Positions 63,283-64,000 of a DNA stretch of 64,000 nt are shown here, in pieces. The stretch comes from Candidatus Gorgyraea atricola (GTDB taxonomy: Bacteria > Omnitrophota > Gorgyraeia > Gorgyraeales > Gorgyraeaceae): the NCBI GenBank assembly GCA_030765235.1, contig JAVCCW010000028.1, positions 24,744 through 88,743 of the forward strand, given 5' to 3'. Each line of letters starts with the position of its first letter. The first letter of the stretch is position 1. The notes under the pieces were generated by a model. That model was not told the DNA's origin, made no database searches, and saw only the letters and a program-made list of their open reading frames with translations. The position numbers and the translations under genes are program-made.

Positions 63283-64000
63283 AAAGTTACGAGGAGCGAA
63301 GCGACGAGCTAACTTTGTAGCTGCCATAGGCATCTTTGACGGTGTTCATCGTGGCCACCAGAAGATCTTAAAAAAGCTTACTAAAGAAGCATCTCGCAAC
63401 AACGCTAGCAGTCTTCTTATAACATTTGACCCGCACCCTCGCAATATCCTTAAATCAAAGATCCCGCTTTTGATCTCGTTAAAACACAGACTTACATTGA
63501 TAAAAGATTTTGGCGTAGATTCTCTTAGAGTTATAAGATTTACAGGAAAGCTCTCGCGACTTTCCGGAGAAGAGTTTATAACTAAAATTTTAATGCGCAG
63601 ATTTAAAATAGATATTCTTGTCGTGGGAGAAAATTTTAGATTTGGCTACAAGGGTAGAGGTACTGCTGGACTCTTAAAAAGATACGGCTTTAAGGTATTC
63701 GAGGTCAAGACCCTTAGATCAAAAGGCCATTCTGTTTCCAGCACAAGGATACGCCAGAAAATTGAAAAAGGAGACTTAAGGAATGCATCGCTTATGTTGG
63801 GCAGGCCTGTCACAGTCCTTGGTACTGTGGTAAGAGGCAGACGCGTTGGAAGAAGGCTTGGATTTCCAACGGCAAATATCGATCCGCATCACGAGGCGAT
63901 TCCGCCGAGCGGAGTTTATAGCGTAGATGCAAAGATCTCCAACAGGATCTACAAAGGTATTTTGAATATTGGCACCAGGCCCACATTTGGTTTACCCCGT
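63263..64000 (+). CDS. ribF: Bifunctional riboflavin kinase/FAD synthetase (runs off window end; absent from the ORF track)
   Basis: From ATG 63263: ...AIGIFDGVHRGHQ, TFDPHP, VVGENFRFG, VSSTRIR, GRRLGFPTAN, GVY, NIGTRPTF. Confidence 0.93.
   Translation, partial: MKKTSNKKLRGAKRRANFVAAIGIFDGVHRGHQKILKKLTKEASRNNASSLLITFDPHPRNILKSKIPLLISLKHRLTLIKDFGVDSLRVIRFTGKLSRLSGEEFITKILMRRFKIDILVVGENFRFGYKGRGTAGLLKRYGFKVFEVKTLRSKGHSVSSTRIRQKIEKGDLRNASLMLGRPVTVLGTVVRGRRVGRRLGFPTANIDPHHEAIPPSGVYSVDAKISNRIYKGILNIGTRPTFGLPR

Noticed and set aside
1-64000. tRNA, rRNA, riboswitch, prophage or IS transposase
   Set aside because: None was recognisable by eye. Intergenic space is short and mostly explained by promoters and repeats. 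No covariance-model scan was possible.

Overview
A 64-kb piece of a bacterial chromosome, almost entirely on the + strand. Gene content suggests an anaerobic diderm, plausibly Candidatus Omnitrophota; that assignment is inference only. In order it holds rsmD-coaD-pta-ackA-yceD-rpmF-plsX-fabH-fabD-fabF-fabG-acpP-fabF, a 2003-aa secreted S8 protease with beta-helix, PKD/Ig and dockerin modules, and a DUF4143-type AAA ATPase. Next come a type II secretion-like cluster in two blocks (gspE-F-G-I-J-K-L-M, then MerR-like regulator, ExeA, GspC-like protein and a secretin with a TonB-C-like tail), acyl-CoA dehydrogenase-etfB-etfA, smc and a GAF-GGDEF gene. A ~24-kb surface-glycan/LPS modification cluster follows, then a cca-like gene, rbfA, nrnA, truB and partial ribF. 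I see no rRNA, tRNA, CRISPR array or transposase. The most striking unexplained structure is non-coding. At least seven gene junctions carry the same architecture: a short tandem array of 7- or 10-nt units, a loop, then the reverse-complement array, with a different unit at each locus. Small REP-like hairpins sit inside several arrays. A 36-nt hairpin element sits at GGGAC^AA inside (GGGACAA)x4 arrays, both between genes and in frame inside fabD and etfB. An empty array lies inside a GT9 gene and a related element lies in frame in gspJ. A second candidate system is a porin + organophosphate-type MFS + cytidylyltransferase + CDP-alcohol transferase module that may scavenge phospho-compounds to decorate the cell surface.
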